DNA of 64,000 nt from an uncultured Gammaproteobacteria bacterium (GTDB lineage: Bacteria > Patescibacteriota > Patescibacteriia > UBA10025 > JAHIVO01). The position numbers and the translations under genes were made by a program. The notes under the pieces are model-generated. The model searched no databases and was not told where the DNA came from. It saw only the letters and a list, made by a program, of their open reading frames with translations. The stretch is from assembly GCA_964592105.1 (NCBI GenBank), contig CAZQBL010000004.1, positions 2,256 to 66,255 of the forward strand, written 5' to 3'. Within the stretch, counting starts at the first letter, position 1. The number at the start of each line of letters is the position of its first letter. Below, one piece after another: positions 1-9,888 of this stretch.

Positions 1-1
1 T

Positions 2-1144
2 TCTTTTTTGGATTTTTACTGAAATCTTTGACAATAGATCAGCAATTTTTATTCCGGCTTTGCCATCACCGTAAATATTTGATCTTGGATAAGGGCCATG
101 CTGTATTTGTTTTTTTATTGAAGCAATAATCTCGCTGGCTTTATAATCACAGTCTATTACATTCTCACCTTTTTGGCGACCTTGCTGCCTAGTTCCTATA
201 TTGACAGATGGAATCCCTAAAAAAGAGCATTCCCGAATACCACTACTGGAATTTCCGACAACGCATTTGGAATTATAGATTAACCTTATATAGTCTTCGG
301 GTGAAATATTTTTGAAGAAATGGATAAAACTTGAGTCTTGGTTTTCTCTAAAACGTCTTAACCCTTCTGAAATATTATCCGAACCAGCGTCGATATTCGG
401 CCAAAACCAAACAGTCGGTATCTTAAGTATGGAAATTGCTTTTAGGGTTTCGTTGATTTGGTTTAAGCCTTGTTCATATTCTGTTGTCACTGGATGCTGC
501 ATAACTACTAAATATGGTTTGTTAAAATTGAAGACGCCGCCTACGCCACCATACTTTTTAATAAAATCTTTTTTTATGTTAAGATCCAGTTCGTTTATTA
601 AATCCATGGAAGGGCAACCAGTTATAAATACTCTACTTGGATCCTCACCCATTCTTATAATTCTTTGCGCCGTTAATTGATTTGTTGTGAAGTGAATGTG
701 AGCTAATTTGGTTATCGCATGTCTGACACTTTCATCTAATGATCCTGTAATCTCGCCACCTTGAGTATGAGCTAGTGGGATATTCATGTAAGATGCGCAG
801 ATAGCCGTTGCCATTGTTTCAAAACGATCCGCTATTGTTAAAATGAAATCTGGCCTTAGATTCTGAAAAATACTGGATAATTCAATTATGCCAAGTCCTA
901 CCGATTTTGCCATGGTTATGGGATTTTCACCTTCTACGATTAAATATGTTTTTGCGTCAATTTTGAATCCGTCTTTCTCAATAATTTTGGATACATCTCC
1001 AAACCTATCAAGTAATGCAGATGATCCAACGACCAATTGTAACTTAAGATTTGAATGGTTTTTGATAGCGCGTAAAGCACTTTTTATACGCGCATAATTG
1101 GCGCGGTTAATAATGACAACACATATTTTTCGTTTTTTTTTCAT
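2..1144 (-). CDS. neuC: UDP-N-acetylglucosamine 2-epimerase (hydrolysing), runs off left edge
   Basis: Not in ORF track. Hand translation from ATG at 1144: MKKKRKICVVIINRANYARI...ADRFET...HTQGGEITGSLDESVRHAITKLAHIHF...IYGDGKAG; adjacent to neuB. Confidence 0.9.
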   Translation of the reverse strand, partial: MKKKRKICVVIINRANYARIKSALRAIKNHSNLKLQLVVGSSALLDRFGDVSKIIEKDGFKIDAKTYLIVEGENPITMAKSVGLGIIELSSIFQNLRPDFILTIADRFETMATAICASYMNIPLAHTQGGEITGSLDESVRHAITKLAHIHFTTNQLTAQRIIRMGEDPSRVFITGCPSMDLINELDLNIKKDFIKKYGGVGGVFNFNKPYLVVMQHPVTTEYEQGLNQINETLKAISILKIPTVWFWPNIDAGSDNISEGLRRFRENQDSSFIHFFKNISPEDYIRLIYNSKCVVGNSSSGIRECSFLGIPSVNIGTRQQGRQKGENVIDCDYKASEIIASIKKQIQHGPYPRSNIYGDGKAGIKIADLLSKISVKIQKR

Positions 1145-1148
1145 GCTT

Positions 1149-2162
1149 TTATTCTAAAAATTTATATTGTAGGGGCGTATTGGGTTTTAAAGAAATTTTT
1201 AGTTTTTTGCCTATGACTTTTTCAAACTGACTAACTTCAATGCCTGAAGGTGATAGCGGCCTTTTGGCGGCCAAATCACTTTCTTTAATGATTGAATTTT
1301 TTTTAATTTTCCTTTTAACCACTAGGCCTTTACGGAAAATTGGTCTAAATTCCTTTTCTTTATTTTGTAATATTTTTTCTTCTTTACCCAGGCTTTTTTC
1401 AACCATTCTAATACCTTCAACTAATTTTTTCATTTCCGAAGGTAGAAGTGAGCACTTATGATCAGGACCGAATAGATTTCTATCAAGTGTGAAATGTTTT
1501 TCAATAATTTGCGCTCCTAAAGCTACGGCCGCAATGGCAGGATATATTTCTAACGAGTGATCAGAAAAGCCAATAGGAAAGTCATATCTTTTTTTCCAGA
1601 AAGAAATGGATTTTATGTTTAATTTGTCAGTAGAACAGGGATATATTGAGACACAATGCATTAAAGCAATTTGATCGGTATATTTTTTTAGAAATTTTAT
1701 TGCCGATTCAACTTCATCCAAATTACTCATTCCCGATGACATAATTACGGGTTTTTTTGTTTGGGCAACGAATTTTAGCATTAAATAATCAGTTATATCA
1801 GCTGAACCAATTTTGTAAATTGGAACGTCTAGACTTTCCAGCATTTGGGCCGCGGCCAGGCTCATGGGTGTCGAGAAAAAAATTATTTTTTTTGCGGCAC
1901 AGTAATTCTTTAATTCCTTGAAAAAATCTATTGGTAAGGTGTTTTCTTTCAACCATTTGTATCGTGGCTCGGAAAAATGAGGAGAATTAATATTACCCGG
2001 CAGCTGTTCATCGTCGACAATGTGAGTCTGAAATTTAACCGCATCACAGCCAGCTTCTACTGCTTTGTCAATTAGTAATTTAGCAAGATGCAGGTTATTT
2101 AAGTGATTTTTGCCGATTTCGGCTATAATAAATGTTCTTTTTTTAATTTGATCCCAAATCAT
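1149..2162 (-). CDS. neuB: N-acetylneuraminate synthase family protein (NeuB/PseI/LegI-like) with C-terminal SAF domain
   Basis: FIIAEIGKNH, DAVKFQT, KIGSADI, GFSDHS, IEKHFTLDR, GPDH motifs; exact sugar product cannot be determined. Confidence 0.9.
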   Translation of the reverse strand: MIWDQIKKRTFIIAEIGKNHLNNLHLAKLLIDKAVEAGCDAVKFQTHIVDDEQLPGNINSPHFSEPRYKWLKENTLPIDFFKELKNYCAAKKIIFFSTPMSLAAAQMLESLDVPIYKIGSADITDYLMLKFVAQTKKPVIMSSGMSNLDEVESAIKFLKKYTDQIALMHCVSIYPCSTDKLNIKSISFWKKRYDFPIGFSDHSLEIYPAIAAVALGAQIIEKHFTLDRNLFGPDHKCSLLPSEMKKLVEGIRMVEKSLGKEEKILQNKEKEFRPIFRKGLVVKRKIKKNSIIKESDLAAKRPLSPSGIEVSQFEKVIGKKLKISLKPNTPLQYKFLE

Positions 2163-2166
2163 AGTT

Positions 2167-2820
2167 TTATTTATTATTTGATTTAGACGCCACGACGTAA
2201 AAATTTGTTTTTAAAAAAACTGGAAGGATATCTATATTAAATAATGAAATTAATTTTAATCCAAAGGATCCGAAATATTTATAAACTTTATCTTTAAAAA
2301 ATTTGTTCATTATGGGGACGTCTATAAAGTTTGGAGTGAAACCATTTTCAATAAGTCTTTTTTTTAATTGTCGGTAAGTATGCAGTGAACTGTGATATTT
2401 TTTCCATTTTGTGAAACTTTTCTCTTTCCAGATTTCAAAAGGTATATTGGTTATTTTATTCGGTGTTCCAAATAAATAGTAACCATTTTTTTAAAACTCT
2501 GTTTATTTCATTTAGGCGACGATTTGTGTCGGGGATATGTTCAAAAACATCGAAGCTAAGTACTGCGTCAAATTTACCATCATTGAATTTAAGGTCCTGA
2601 CCGGAAGTGTTATGAAGTTTTATGCCAAAATGCTGACGTGAATAATTTATGTACTCCTGGTTTGTTTCAGTTCCGGTAATATCAAAACCTTTTGAGGACA
2701 GGTAATTTACCATTACCCCTGTCCCTGACCCGATCTCCGTATTTTTTGATTAGTATTCAAAATTCCAGATTTTTTTAAGAAAAGGATATTACTTTCAAAA
2801 TTACTTCTATTGATTTTCAT
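2167..2820 (-). pseudogene. Class I SAM-dependent methyltransferase with two frameshifts
   Basis: ATG 2820 MKINRSNF...NQKI, shift near 2739 into EIGSGTGVMVNY...FDAVLSFDVFEHI...EINRVLK, shift at A7 tract 2486-2492 into NGYYLFGTPN...FYVVASKSNNK* (TAA 2169-2167). Confidence 0.8.
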
Positions 2821-3943
2821 CTTTAATTTTCTTTACGACTAAGTATTTTTTCAGGTAATCTTTAGCGGTATTCGACCAATCATAATAAATAGCTAATTGT
2901 CTTGATTGTTGACCCATTGAATTTATTAGCTGGTGGTTGTCGTAAAATTTTTCAAAGGCTTGTTTTAATGCTGTTATGTCGTTTTTAGGAATTATAAGAC
3001 CGTTGTTTTTTATTAACTGCTTATTTCCGCCTGTGTCCGTTGTTATAATTGGAAGTCCACTGGCCATAGCTTCGAGAATCGTATTGCTCATACCTTCATT
3101 TAAAGAGGGCAAAATAAATATATCGTGGTTGCGATAAATATTTGGCATTTCCTCGGGGTTTTTTCTACCAAGGAATATAATTTGAAAGTTCAGTTTGTAT
3201 TTATTTTGCAAACTTTGGTTTAGCGGGCCGTCTCCTATGATTGTAAGAGTGCACCATTTATTTTTTTGCGAGTATTGGTCGAAAGCCTCCAATAAAACAT
3301 CAATTCCTTTGATTTTATTTAAACGACCTGCATATAAGAATTTGGTGGTTTTTTCAAAAGATTTTTTATTGTTTGGAAAGAATTTTTTACTGTCTATTCC
3401 GTTTGGTATGACGCTAATATAATCTTGATGATAAAATGCTAAAGCAGTTCTCCTCAGGTCTTGACTGTTGGCAATCAAGAAGGTTGCATTTTTCCATACT
3501 TTTTTTATCAATGAACCTAATAAAAAATATATTATATTGAATTTAGGATTGTGTCCAGGGACATCTGAACCGCGGAGCGAAACAATATATGGAATTTTTA
3601 ATTTATAAGCGATATAGCCGCAGGGTATTCCAAAAAAAGCGTGAATTAAATTATATTTTTTTTGAGAAATTAGTTTTTTTGAATATTTATATGCCTTCCA
3701 TGAATAAACTAGCAAGTCTTTAAAACTTTGACGGAGTAGCTGATTATTTTTACCAATATTGAGTTTATAAATAGTGATGTTTTTAGAGAAATTTTCTTTT
3801 TTAAAGGATCCTGTTGAAGAGGTAACTAGATCAATTACGATATCTTTATTTTTGGCAAACTCTTTTAACAGATAAAAAGTAGCATTCCCGGCTCCACCAC
3901 CTAAGGGGGGAAACTCATAGTTTAGCATTAGTATTCTTATCAT
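2807..3943 (-). CDS. Glycosyltransferase family 4
   Basis: NYEFPPLGGGAG, YAGRL, PSLNEGMSNTILEAMASGLPII. Confidence 0.9.
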   Translation of the reverse strand: MIRILMLNYEFPPLGGGAGNATFYLLKEFAKNKDIVIDLVTSSTGSFKKENFSKNITIYKLNIGKNNQLLRQSFKDLLVYSWKAYKYSKKLISQKKYNLIHAFFGIPCGYIAYKLKIPYIVSLRGSDVPGHNPKFNIIYFLLGSLIKKVWKNATFLIANSQDLRRTALAFYHQDYISVIPNGIDSKKFFPNNKKSFEKTTKFLYAGRLNKIKGIDVLLEAFDQYSQKNKWCTLTIIGDGPLNQSLQNKYKLNFQIIFLGRKNPEEMPNIYRNHDIFILPSLNEGMSNTILEAMASGLPIITTDTGGNKQLIKNNGLIIPKNDITALKQAFEKFYDNHQLINSMGQQSRQLAIYYDWSNTAKDYLKKYLVVKKIKDENQ

Positions 3944-4880
3944 TTCTTGAAATTATTTTTTCTATGTAATATACGTTCTTTTTGCCTTCTTGATAATACG
4001 ACTTGACGGCAATATCAGCCAGCAAGCCGGAAACAAATAGCTGTAAACCTGTTAATAACATGAAAATTGAAACCAATGGCCAAATTTTGTTTTGCAGGGA
4101 AAAGGCGCCGATTAAACGGCCAACAAACAAATAGAGACCAAGCAGCGTACCAAAGCCGCCAATAATAATGCCCAAGCTCCCGAATAAGTGCAAGGGCCGG
4201 CTAGAGTATTTTCTCCAAAACCAGACACACAGCATGTCAATAAAACCTTTTAGAATTCTTTTCCAGTTATACTTTGTTTTTCCGGTGGTACGTGGTCGGT
4301 GCTCAACTTGAACTTCTGATATTTTAAAACCGTGCCAGCGGAGAATAGCGGGAATAAAGCGGTGCATTTCTCCCTGAAGATCTAGACCACAAAAGCATTC
4401 TTTTTTATAAGCCTTAAGAGTGCACCCAGAATCGTGTATTTGATCATTGATAATAAATTTTCTTAAAAAATTCGCTCCACGGGAAATTAGTTTTTTTGCC
4501 AGAGAGTCTTTTCTTTTGTACCGCCAACCGGAAACAACGTCATAGCCATCTTTCATTTTATTAAGGAGTTTCGGAATTTCCGAAGGTGGATTTTGTCCGT
4601 CCGCATCAAGCAAAATGATAATTTCACCACACGAGTTTTTTATACCGGCATCTATAGCTGCAGTCTGCCCGAAGTTTTTTCTGAATTTGATTACTTTTAT
4701 AGGATTCAGATTCGATAAGCGATCGTAGGTTTTATCTGATGAGCCGTCGTCAACAAATATAATTTCGTACGATTCATGAAGCTGTTCCATAACTTCCTTT
4801 ATTTCTCGGTGCAGCGGACCAACGGCGTTTTCCTCGTTATAGGCGGGAACAACCACTGAATATTTAACTTTTGATTCCAT
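3915..4880 (-). CDS. Glycosyltransferase family 2, polyprenol-phosphate sugar synthase type (ArnC/GtrB/Dpm1-like)
   Basis: SVVVPAYNEE, VDDGSSD, RKNFGQTAA, LDADGQNPP, two C-terminal TM helices. Confidence 0.88.
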   Translation of the reverse strand: MESKVKYSVVVPAYNEENAVGPLHREIKEVMEQLHESYEIIFVDDGSSDKTYDRLSNLNPIKVIKFRKNFGQTAAIDAGIKNSCGEIIILLDADGQNPPSEIPKLLNKMKDGYDVVSGWRYKRKDSLAKKLISRGANFLRKFIINDQIHDSGCTLKAYKKECFCGLDLQGEMHRFIPAILRWHGFKISEVQVEHRPRTTGKTKYNWKRILKGFIDMLCVWFWRKYSSRPLHLFGSLGIIIGGFGTLLGLYLFVGRLIGAFSLQNKIWPLVSIFMLLTGLQLFVSGLLADIAVKSYYQEGKKNVYYIEKIISRNDKNTNAKL

Positions 4881-5826
4881 AATATTTTTTATACCAGTTG
4901 ATAAATTGTTTTATACCCTGGTGTATGTCGGTGGTAGGCTGAAAATCAAGAAGTTTTTTGGCTTTGGTAATATCGGCAAAGGTTTTGTGAACGTCACCTG
5001 GTTGCATGGGAAGCATGTTTTTCTTTGCCTTTTTGCCTAGATGCTTTTCGATTATATTTATAAAATCAATCAGGCTTTCTGTTTTTGAATTTCCCAGATT
5101 AATTATTTCGTAGGGATATGCTCGATCAAGGGAAGCCAATATGCCCTGAACAATATCATCTATATAGGTAAAGTCGCGGTAATGATCACCATGGTTATAG
5201 ACATCAATCGGTTTGCCGTCCAAAATATTTTTGGTAAATTTAAAAAGCGCCATATCCGGACGACCCCAAGGTCCGTAAACCGTAAAAAACCGCAAACCAG
5301 TACAAGGCAACCCATATAAATGATGATATGTATGGGCCATTAGCTCGTTGGTTTTTTTAGTGGTTGCGTACATGGAAATGGGATGGTCAACTGGGTCATT
5401 TTCTGAAAAAGGTACTTTTTTAGTGCCGCCATAGACAGAAGAGCTTGAGGCAAAAACAAAATTTTTTATTTTAAAATCTTTGGCTAACTCCAGGAGGTTT
5501 AAAGCACCCTCGATATTGGTTTTTTGGTATATAAAAGGATTTTCAATCGAAGCCCTGACTCCGGCTCTGGCGGCCAGATGGCAGATCGCGTCGATTTTTC
5601 GCTGCTGGAAAATTTTTTTGAGTGCCATAAAGTCGGCGATATCAACTCGATATAGTGGAAATTTGCGCCCTTTTAAAAAGACCTTGATTCTATCCTCCTT
5701 TAGTTGGGGATTATAGTAGTCATTAAAATCATCAATACAAATTACATTATCGCCACGGTCAAGTAGTGCCTTGATAGTATGAGAGCCAATAAAACCAGCT
5801 CCACCCGTCACTAAAATCGTTTTCAT
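4864..5826 (-). CDS. NAD-dependent nucleotide-sugar epimerase (UDP-glucuronate 4-epimerase-like)
   Basis: VTGGAGFIG, HLAARAGVR, ASSSSVYG, YATTKK, LRFFTVYGPWGRPDMA; start trimmed to MKTILVTG (5826). Confidence 0.88.
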   Translation of the reverse strand: MKTILVTGGAGFIGSHTIKALLDRGDNVICIDDFNDYYNPQLKEDRIKVFLKGRKFPLYRVDIADFMALKKIFQQRKIDAICHLAARAGVRASIENPFIYQKTNIEGALNLLELAKDFKIKNFVFASSSSVYGGTKKVPFSENDPVDHPISMYATTKKTNELMAHTYHHLYGLPCTGLRFFTVYGPWGRPDMALFKFTKNILDGKPIDVYNHGDHYRDFTYIDDIVQGILASLDRAYPYEIINLGNSKTESLIDFINIIEKHLGKKAKKNMLPMQPGDVHKTFADITKAKKLLDFQPTTDIHQGIKQFINWYKKYYGIKS

Positions 5827-5853
5827 AAAAAAAATTGTTTTGGTACGAACATT

Positions 5854-5904
5854 ATTATAACAGATATTGACCATTTTGAAAACATTAAACTACGGTGGTA
5901 TAAT
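5854..5904. promoter_or_regulatory. Divergent sigma70-type promoters
   Basis: Plus: TTGAAA(5876-81)-17bp-TATAAT(5899-5904) with extended TG; minus: TGTTATAAT at 5862-5854. Confidence 0.6.
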
Positions 5905-5943
5905 AATAGTCAGGTAATTCATTGGACTTGAATTAGCAAGAAA

Positions 5944-7611
5944 ATGGAATTAATCAAAAAATACAAATATCTCGCTTTTTTGACGTTGACAGGCTTTGTA
6001 TTTTTTGTGGTCTATTCGTGGTTTAACATCAAGGGTGCTGAAAAATTTACATCTCCGGATGAAACTGCCAATTATTTTTTTACTGAACTATTCGCTCAAA
6101 AGACCGATCTTAGAATTTTTGAGCCGCTCAACCCTATTATTGGTAATATCATTCAGCCCAGAAACACAGAAATTTCAGGTGATTATATTGTGCCGGCCAG
6201 TTTCACTGGCCTTATGCTTTTTTACGGGACAATCGCAAAAATTGCCAGCGTGGATGTTGTGCCGTATCTTACGCCGTTTTTTTCAGTGATAGCAGTGATC
6301 TTTTTTTATCTATTTGTTAAGGAGTTTTTTTCTCAGAAGGTTTCATTTACGGCTTCACTACTAATGTTTTTTTTGCCGCCGTTTTGGTATTACACTTCGC
6401 GCGGATTATTTCATAATGTACTTTTTATTGATTTATTAATAATCGGACTTTATTTTCTTTTAAAAGCATTAAGCCGCGATTGGCCGTTAAAACAGAATTG
6501 GTGGTTTTATTTTGTCTCGGGAATTTTTGCTAGTTTGGCAATTGCTGTCAGAACTTCCGAAATAACCTGGGTGAGCGTGGTCGTGGCCGTCATTTTTTTT
6601 GCCTATCGTTCGTGTCTTAACTTGAAAAAAATAATTTTAATTTTGATTCCCGTCTTACTTGTTTTTATTCCGATTTTGTATTATAACCATCAGCTGTTTG
6701 GATCTTATTTGACTTTTGGCTATTCAAGGTCCGAATTCAATTCGTCAGCAGATTCATTGATGACCAGCCATCCATTGAGCCAAATACCACGATTATTTTT
6801 TCCTTTTGGCCTTGATGTTAGCAGAAGTAGTCACTATGTTTATCAGTACATATTTGGTGTTTTCCCTTGGTTTTTTATCTTACTGTTGGTCGCCATTACT
6901 GGTATTGTCAAAAATAGTATACTTCGTTTTTTTAATAAATATTTACCAATTAGCGGACTTGAACTAAAAAAGTTAACTACCCCGCAAGCGATTTATGTGG
7001 GATTATATGTCTTTGTTTCATTGTGGTTGATTATTTACTATGGTGCTTACCGATTTAGCGAATTTTATAATTCGAGACAAGCAGTTATGGGCTCGTCGTA
7101 TTTACGTTATTGGCTTCCCATTTATATTTTCGGCTTGCCTTTGTGCGTTTTGGCTTTATTCAAACTTCGCCAATTAACCAAGAATGCTATCTTAACTAAA
7201 TTGATTGTCCCTCTTGTTTTGGTTTTGATTATTTCGCAAAATGTTTGGTGGGTTTTATTTGAACCCAATTATGGTTTGCTTCAAATAAGGAAATACGTGG
7301 CCGATGGTCAGAGTTTGGCATCGGCCGTTTTTAAACAAACGCCATCAGACGGAATTATAATCTCTGGTTTGGCCGACAAATTATTTTTCCCAGAAAGGCG
7401 AGTGATAGTTAAGACACCGGATGACGAAATAGAATTCAAACGAAGTCTGCAGTTCGTTTTAAATCGATTCTCGGTTTTTTATTATTACGATCCAGCCGAC
7501 CAAAATAGTACTAAGCTAAAAAATAGTCTATCTAATGATGTTTTTAAATTAAAATTGATTGCCAAATTTTCTTTGAATAATTCAGTTTTGTATCAAGTTT
7601 TATTTAATTGA
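5944..7611 (+). CDS. GT-C fold membrane glycosyltransferase (PMT/ArnT-like)
   Basis: Polytopic membrane protein with SPDETANY acidic motif after the first TM, RYWLP; located beside a GT2 lipid-carrier synthase. Confidence 0.65.
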   Translation: MELIKKYKYLAFLTLTGFVFFVVYSWFNIKGAEKFTSPDETANYFFTELFAQKTDLRIFEPLNPIIGNIIQPRNTEISGDYIVPASFTGLMLFYGTIAKIASVDVVPYLTPFFSVIAVIFFYLFVKEFFSQKVSFTASLLMFFLPPFWYYTSRGLFHNVLFIDLLIIGLYFLLKALSRDWPLKQNWWFYFVSGIFASLAIAVRTSEITWVSVVVAVIFFAYRSCLNLKKIILILIPVLLVFIPILYYNHQLFGSYLTFGYSRSEFNSSADSLMTSHPLSQIPRLFFPFGLDVSRSSHYVYQYIFGVFPWFFILLLVAITGIVKNSILRFFNKYLPISGLELKKLTTPQAIYVGLYVFVSLWLIIYYGAYRFSEFYNSRQAVMGSSYLRYWLPIYIFGLPLCVLALFKLRQLTKNAILTKLIVPLVLVLIISQNVWWVLFEPNYGLLQIRKYVADGQSLASAVFKQTPSDGIIISGLADKLFFPERRVIVKTPDDEIEFKRSLQFVLNRFSVFYYYDPADQNSTKLKNSLSNDVFKLKLIAKFSLNNSVLYQVLFN

Positions 7612-7656
7612 TTTTTAACCGATAGTGTTGTATATTATTAAGGTTAAAAAAAACAG

Positions 7657-9435
7657 ATGAGCGCTGAAAATAATGAAAAAATTGTCTTAAAAACGATTAA
7701 AGCGATAATTTGGTTATTGCCGGTTTTTTTGCTTTTATGGCTGGCTAATCAATATCTTTTGCCTTTGGGAAAAATGAAGGTTGTTTACGACGTAACTGAT
7801 CCTTCTCCACTGGTAAGAAATTTTGCCTCTAAGGAATTGGATAGACTTATCGGAACGAAAAATCAAAAAGGCAATACAGATTATTTTCAACTAATTTTAC
7901 AAAACCCACTTTATTTTGACGTAGTCGTACCACGGACATTTCAAAGTGCCAAAGTTACTTTGAAATACCAGAATCCTGATAATCAGCCAGTTATTCAGGC
8001 GGGTTTACAGCAAGCGAATAAGGTTTATTACAATCAAGATCTGGTTCTTTCTAATGACCTTTTAAATAGTCTAGCTATTTATTGGCAAAAAATCGAAGAG
8101 GGTAATATTATATTGTGGCAAAAAAATACGGATTTTTATCAAAAACACCAAGCGGCGGTCACTAATTTGGAACAAAAAAAGAAAGAACTTTCAAAATGGA
8201 AGGATCGCGAACTTCAAAAAATTAACGACGAGAGATGCGCCATGAACTTGTCGACCATCTTTAACAAATCCAAACAGGCTGAATTAGTTAATAAGGAAAA
8301 ATCCATCAATTTCGAATATGAAGAGAAGATAAACAATTTGTATAAAAATTTGCCGGATGCTGAAAGTATGAGCAATCCCAAGTTCTCTTCAATAGCTGAT
8401 TTTCTTGGCTCTTTAAATTCCTTGAATAAAAATTCTATTGTTTCTTACAACTACAATTTACTACCCTTTTTTAAAATCGCAAATTATTCACCGGCTAATA
8501 CGCCTACCAATATCAGCAAAACCTTACGCGGCAAGCATGAAATATATACTTATTTAGGTCCCCAAGAAATTTTAACTTTTCAAATAACGGTTCAGGATAT
8601 CAATGATAATGAAGGACCCGACCCAGTAATTGTGTCTTTGTATAATTCAGATAGTAAAAAAATTCAGGAAATAAGACTGGAGGACGATGGGCAAACTGAT
8701 GCGAGCGGCGTAGTTGAGCCGGAAAGAACACTTCAACTGAAAGCTGAGCCAAATCTCGAAGGTGTTTATAGTATTCTCATTGACGTCAGCGATGACATAT
8801 TTATTAAAAATATTACTACAAATTTGCGCTATTTATCCTTTAAAGGGCGAGTTTATTTAGCCGATAACTTGGTCTATCGAGATGTTTTGGCTGGCAAGGA
8901 CGTTAAGTCCACAGTTTTATATACCAACAGCACTTCAATCAGCGCCCAGACTACCCATCAAGCTAATCTTCAAACCATTAAAGTTAATAATCAAAATTTG
9001 ACTTTAAAAAAAATTAAAACGCCTGTTTCTCTTTCTGGTCTGAAAGATATTTCTACCCTTAACATTCCTCTTAATGACGTGAATATTCAGGGCAATGACT
9101 TTTTTTCATTTGACGAAAGTCAATTATTTAACCCTAATAATCCAGACCTGGCCGTGGTCAGCAAAAAAAACGTTGATGATTTTGATTTTATTATCGCTAA
9201 TTACCCGCAAGCTAAGTCAGATGGCGACTGGTTAGTAGCCACTACGACATTTGACAGTAATCATATGTATTTTGACAGAGGCCAAGATCTAATCGCACAT
9301 TTCATTATTAATTTGCCCGGGCTACCCGAAAATCACCGTACTCTAAAAGTCAAGTCAATTACTGTTGAGTTTACGAGACCACCCACAGATCTCTCATTTA
9401 TTATTAATAAAATTAAGTCATATCTCAAAAAATAA
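7657..9435 (+). CDS. Hypothetical membrane-anchored extracellular protein
   Basis: 592-aa ORF, single N-terminal TM, beta-rich with a central coiled-coil segment. Confidence 0.75.
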   Translation: MSAENNEKIVLKTIKAIIWLLPVFLLLWLANQYLLPLGKMKVVYDVTDPSPLVRNFASKELDRLIGTKNQKGNTDYFQLILQNPLYFDVVVPRTFQSAKVTLKYQNPDNQPVIQAGLQQANKVYYNQDLVLSNDLLNSLAIYWQKIEEGNIILWQKNTDFYQKHQAAVTNLEQKKKELSKWKDRELQKINDERCAMNLSTIFNKSKQAELVNKEKSINFEYEEKINNLYKNLPDAESMSNPKFSSIADFLGSLNSLNKNSIVSYNYNLLPFFKIANYSPANTPTNISKTLRGKHEIYTYLGPQEILTFQITVQDINDNEGPDPVIVSLYNSDSKKIQEIRLEDDGQTDASGVVEPERTLQLKAEPNLEGVYSILIDVSDDIFIKNITTNLRYLSFKGRVYLADNLVYRDVLAGKDVKSTVLYTNSTSISAQTTHQANLQTIKVNNQNLTLKKIKTPVSLSGLKDISTLNIPLNDVNIQGNDFFSFDESQLFNPNNPDLAVVSKKNVDDFDFIIANYPQAKSDGDWLVATTTFDSNHMYFDRGQDLIAHFIINLPGLPENHRTLKVKSITVEFTRPPTDLSFIINKIKSYLKK

Positions 9436-9870
9436 ATGGATAAAGATACGGCTAATTCTATTCATAAACTCCCTGAAATTTTCAGGGTTATGCGCGAGAT
9501 TATTACGGAGATTTTTAAAGCCTCTTTTTTGAGTTACATGTTTTTTTATCTTCTGGAGAACTTGAAAGATGGTTTGGTTACGAATTATTTTAATTTGAAT
9601 ATTTTATTATGGACATCATTTATCACTGCCATTCTTTCTATTTTGTTTAGAAATGGTGAACAAACAGTGGTCAGAGTCAGTTTGAAAATCTGGGATGTTT
9701 TCCTTTTTGTCTTTTTTGGACTGTTGATTGGATCATTGGTTTACGTAAAACTTAGAGAGATTAGTAAGCTAGCTTTAGTAATTTCCCCGATTGCGGCTGT
9801 GGTAGTAATTCTCATTTCATTGACCTTGTTGACGGGTGAGGACAATATCCCAGATGAAAAAAATAATTAA
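9436..9870 (+). CDS. Hypothetical membrane protein (about 4 TM)
   Basis: ORF abutting the upstream stop; hydrophobic segments. Confidence 0.7.
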   Translation: MDKDTANSIHKLPEIFRVMREIITEIFKASFLSYMFFYLLENLKDGLVTNYFNLNILLWTSFITAILSILFRNGEQTVVRVSLKIWDVFLFVFFGLLIGSLVYVKLREISKLALVISPIAAVVVILISLTLLTGEDNIPDEKNN

Positions 9871-9888
9871 TATTTAATAATTTAGCTT

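Noticed and set aside
312-1097. Plus-strand ORFs 312-680 and 888-1097, and similar short antisense ORFs throughout the track
   Set aside because: Shadow ORFs opposite well-supported genes (here neuC).
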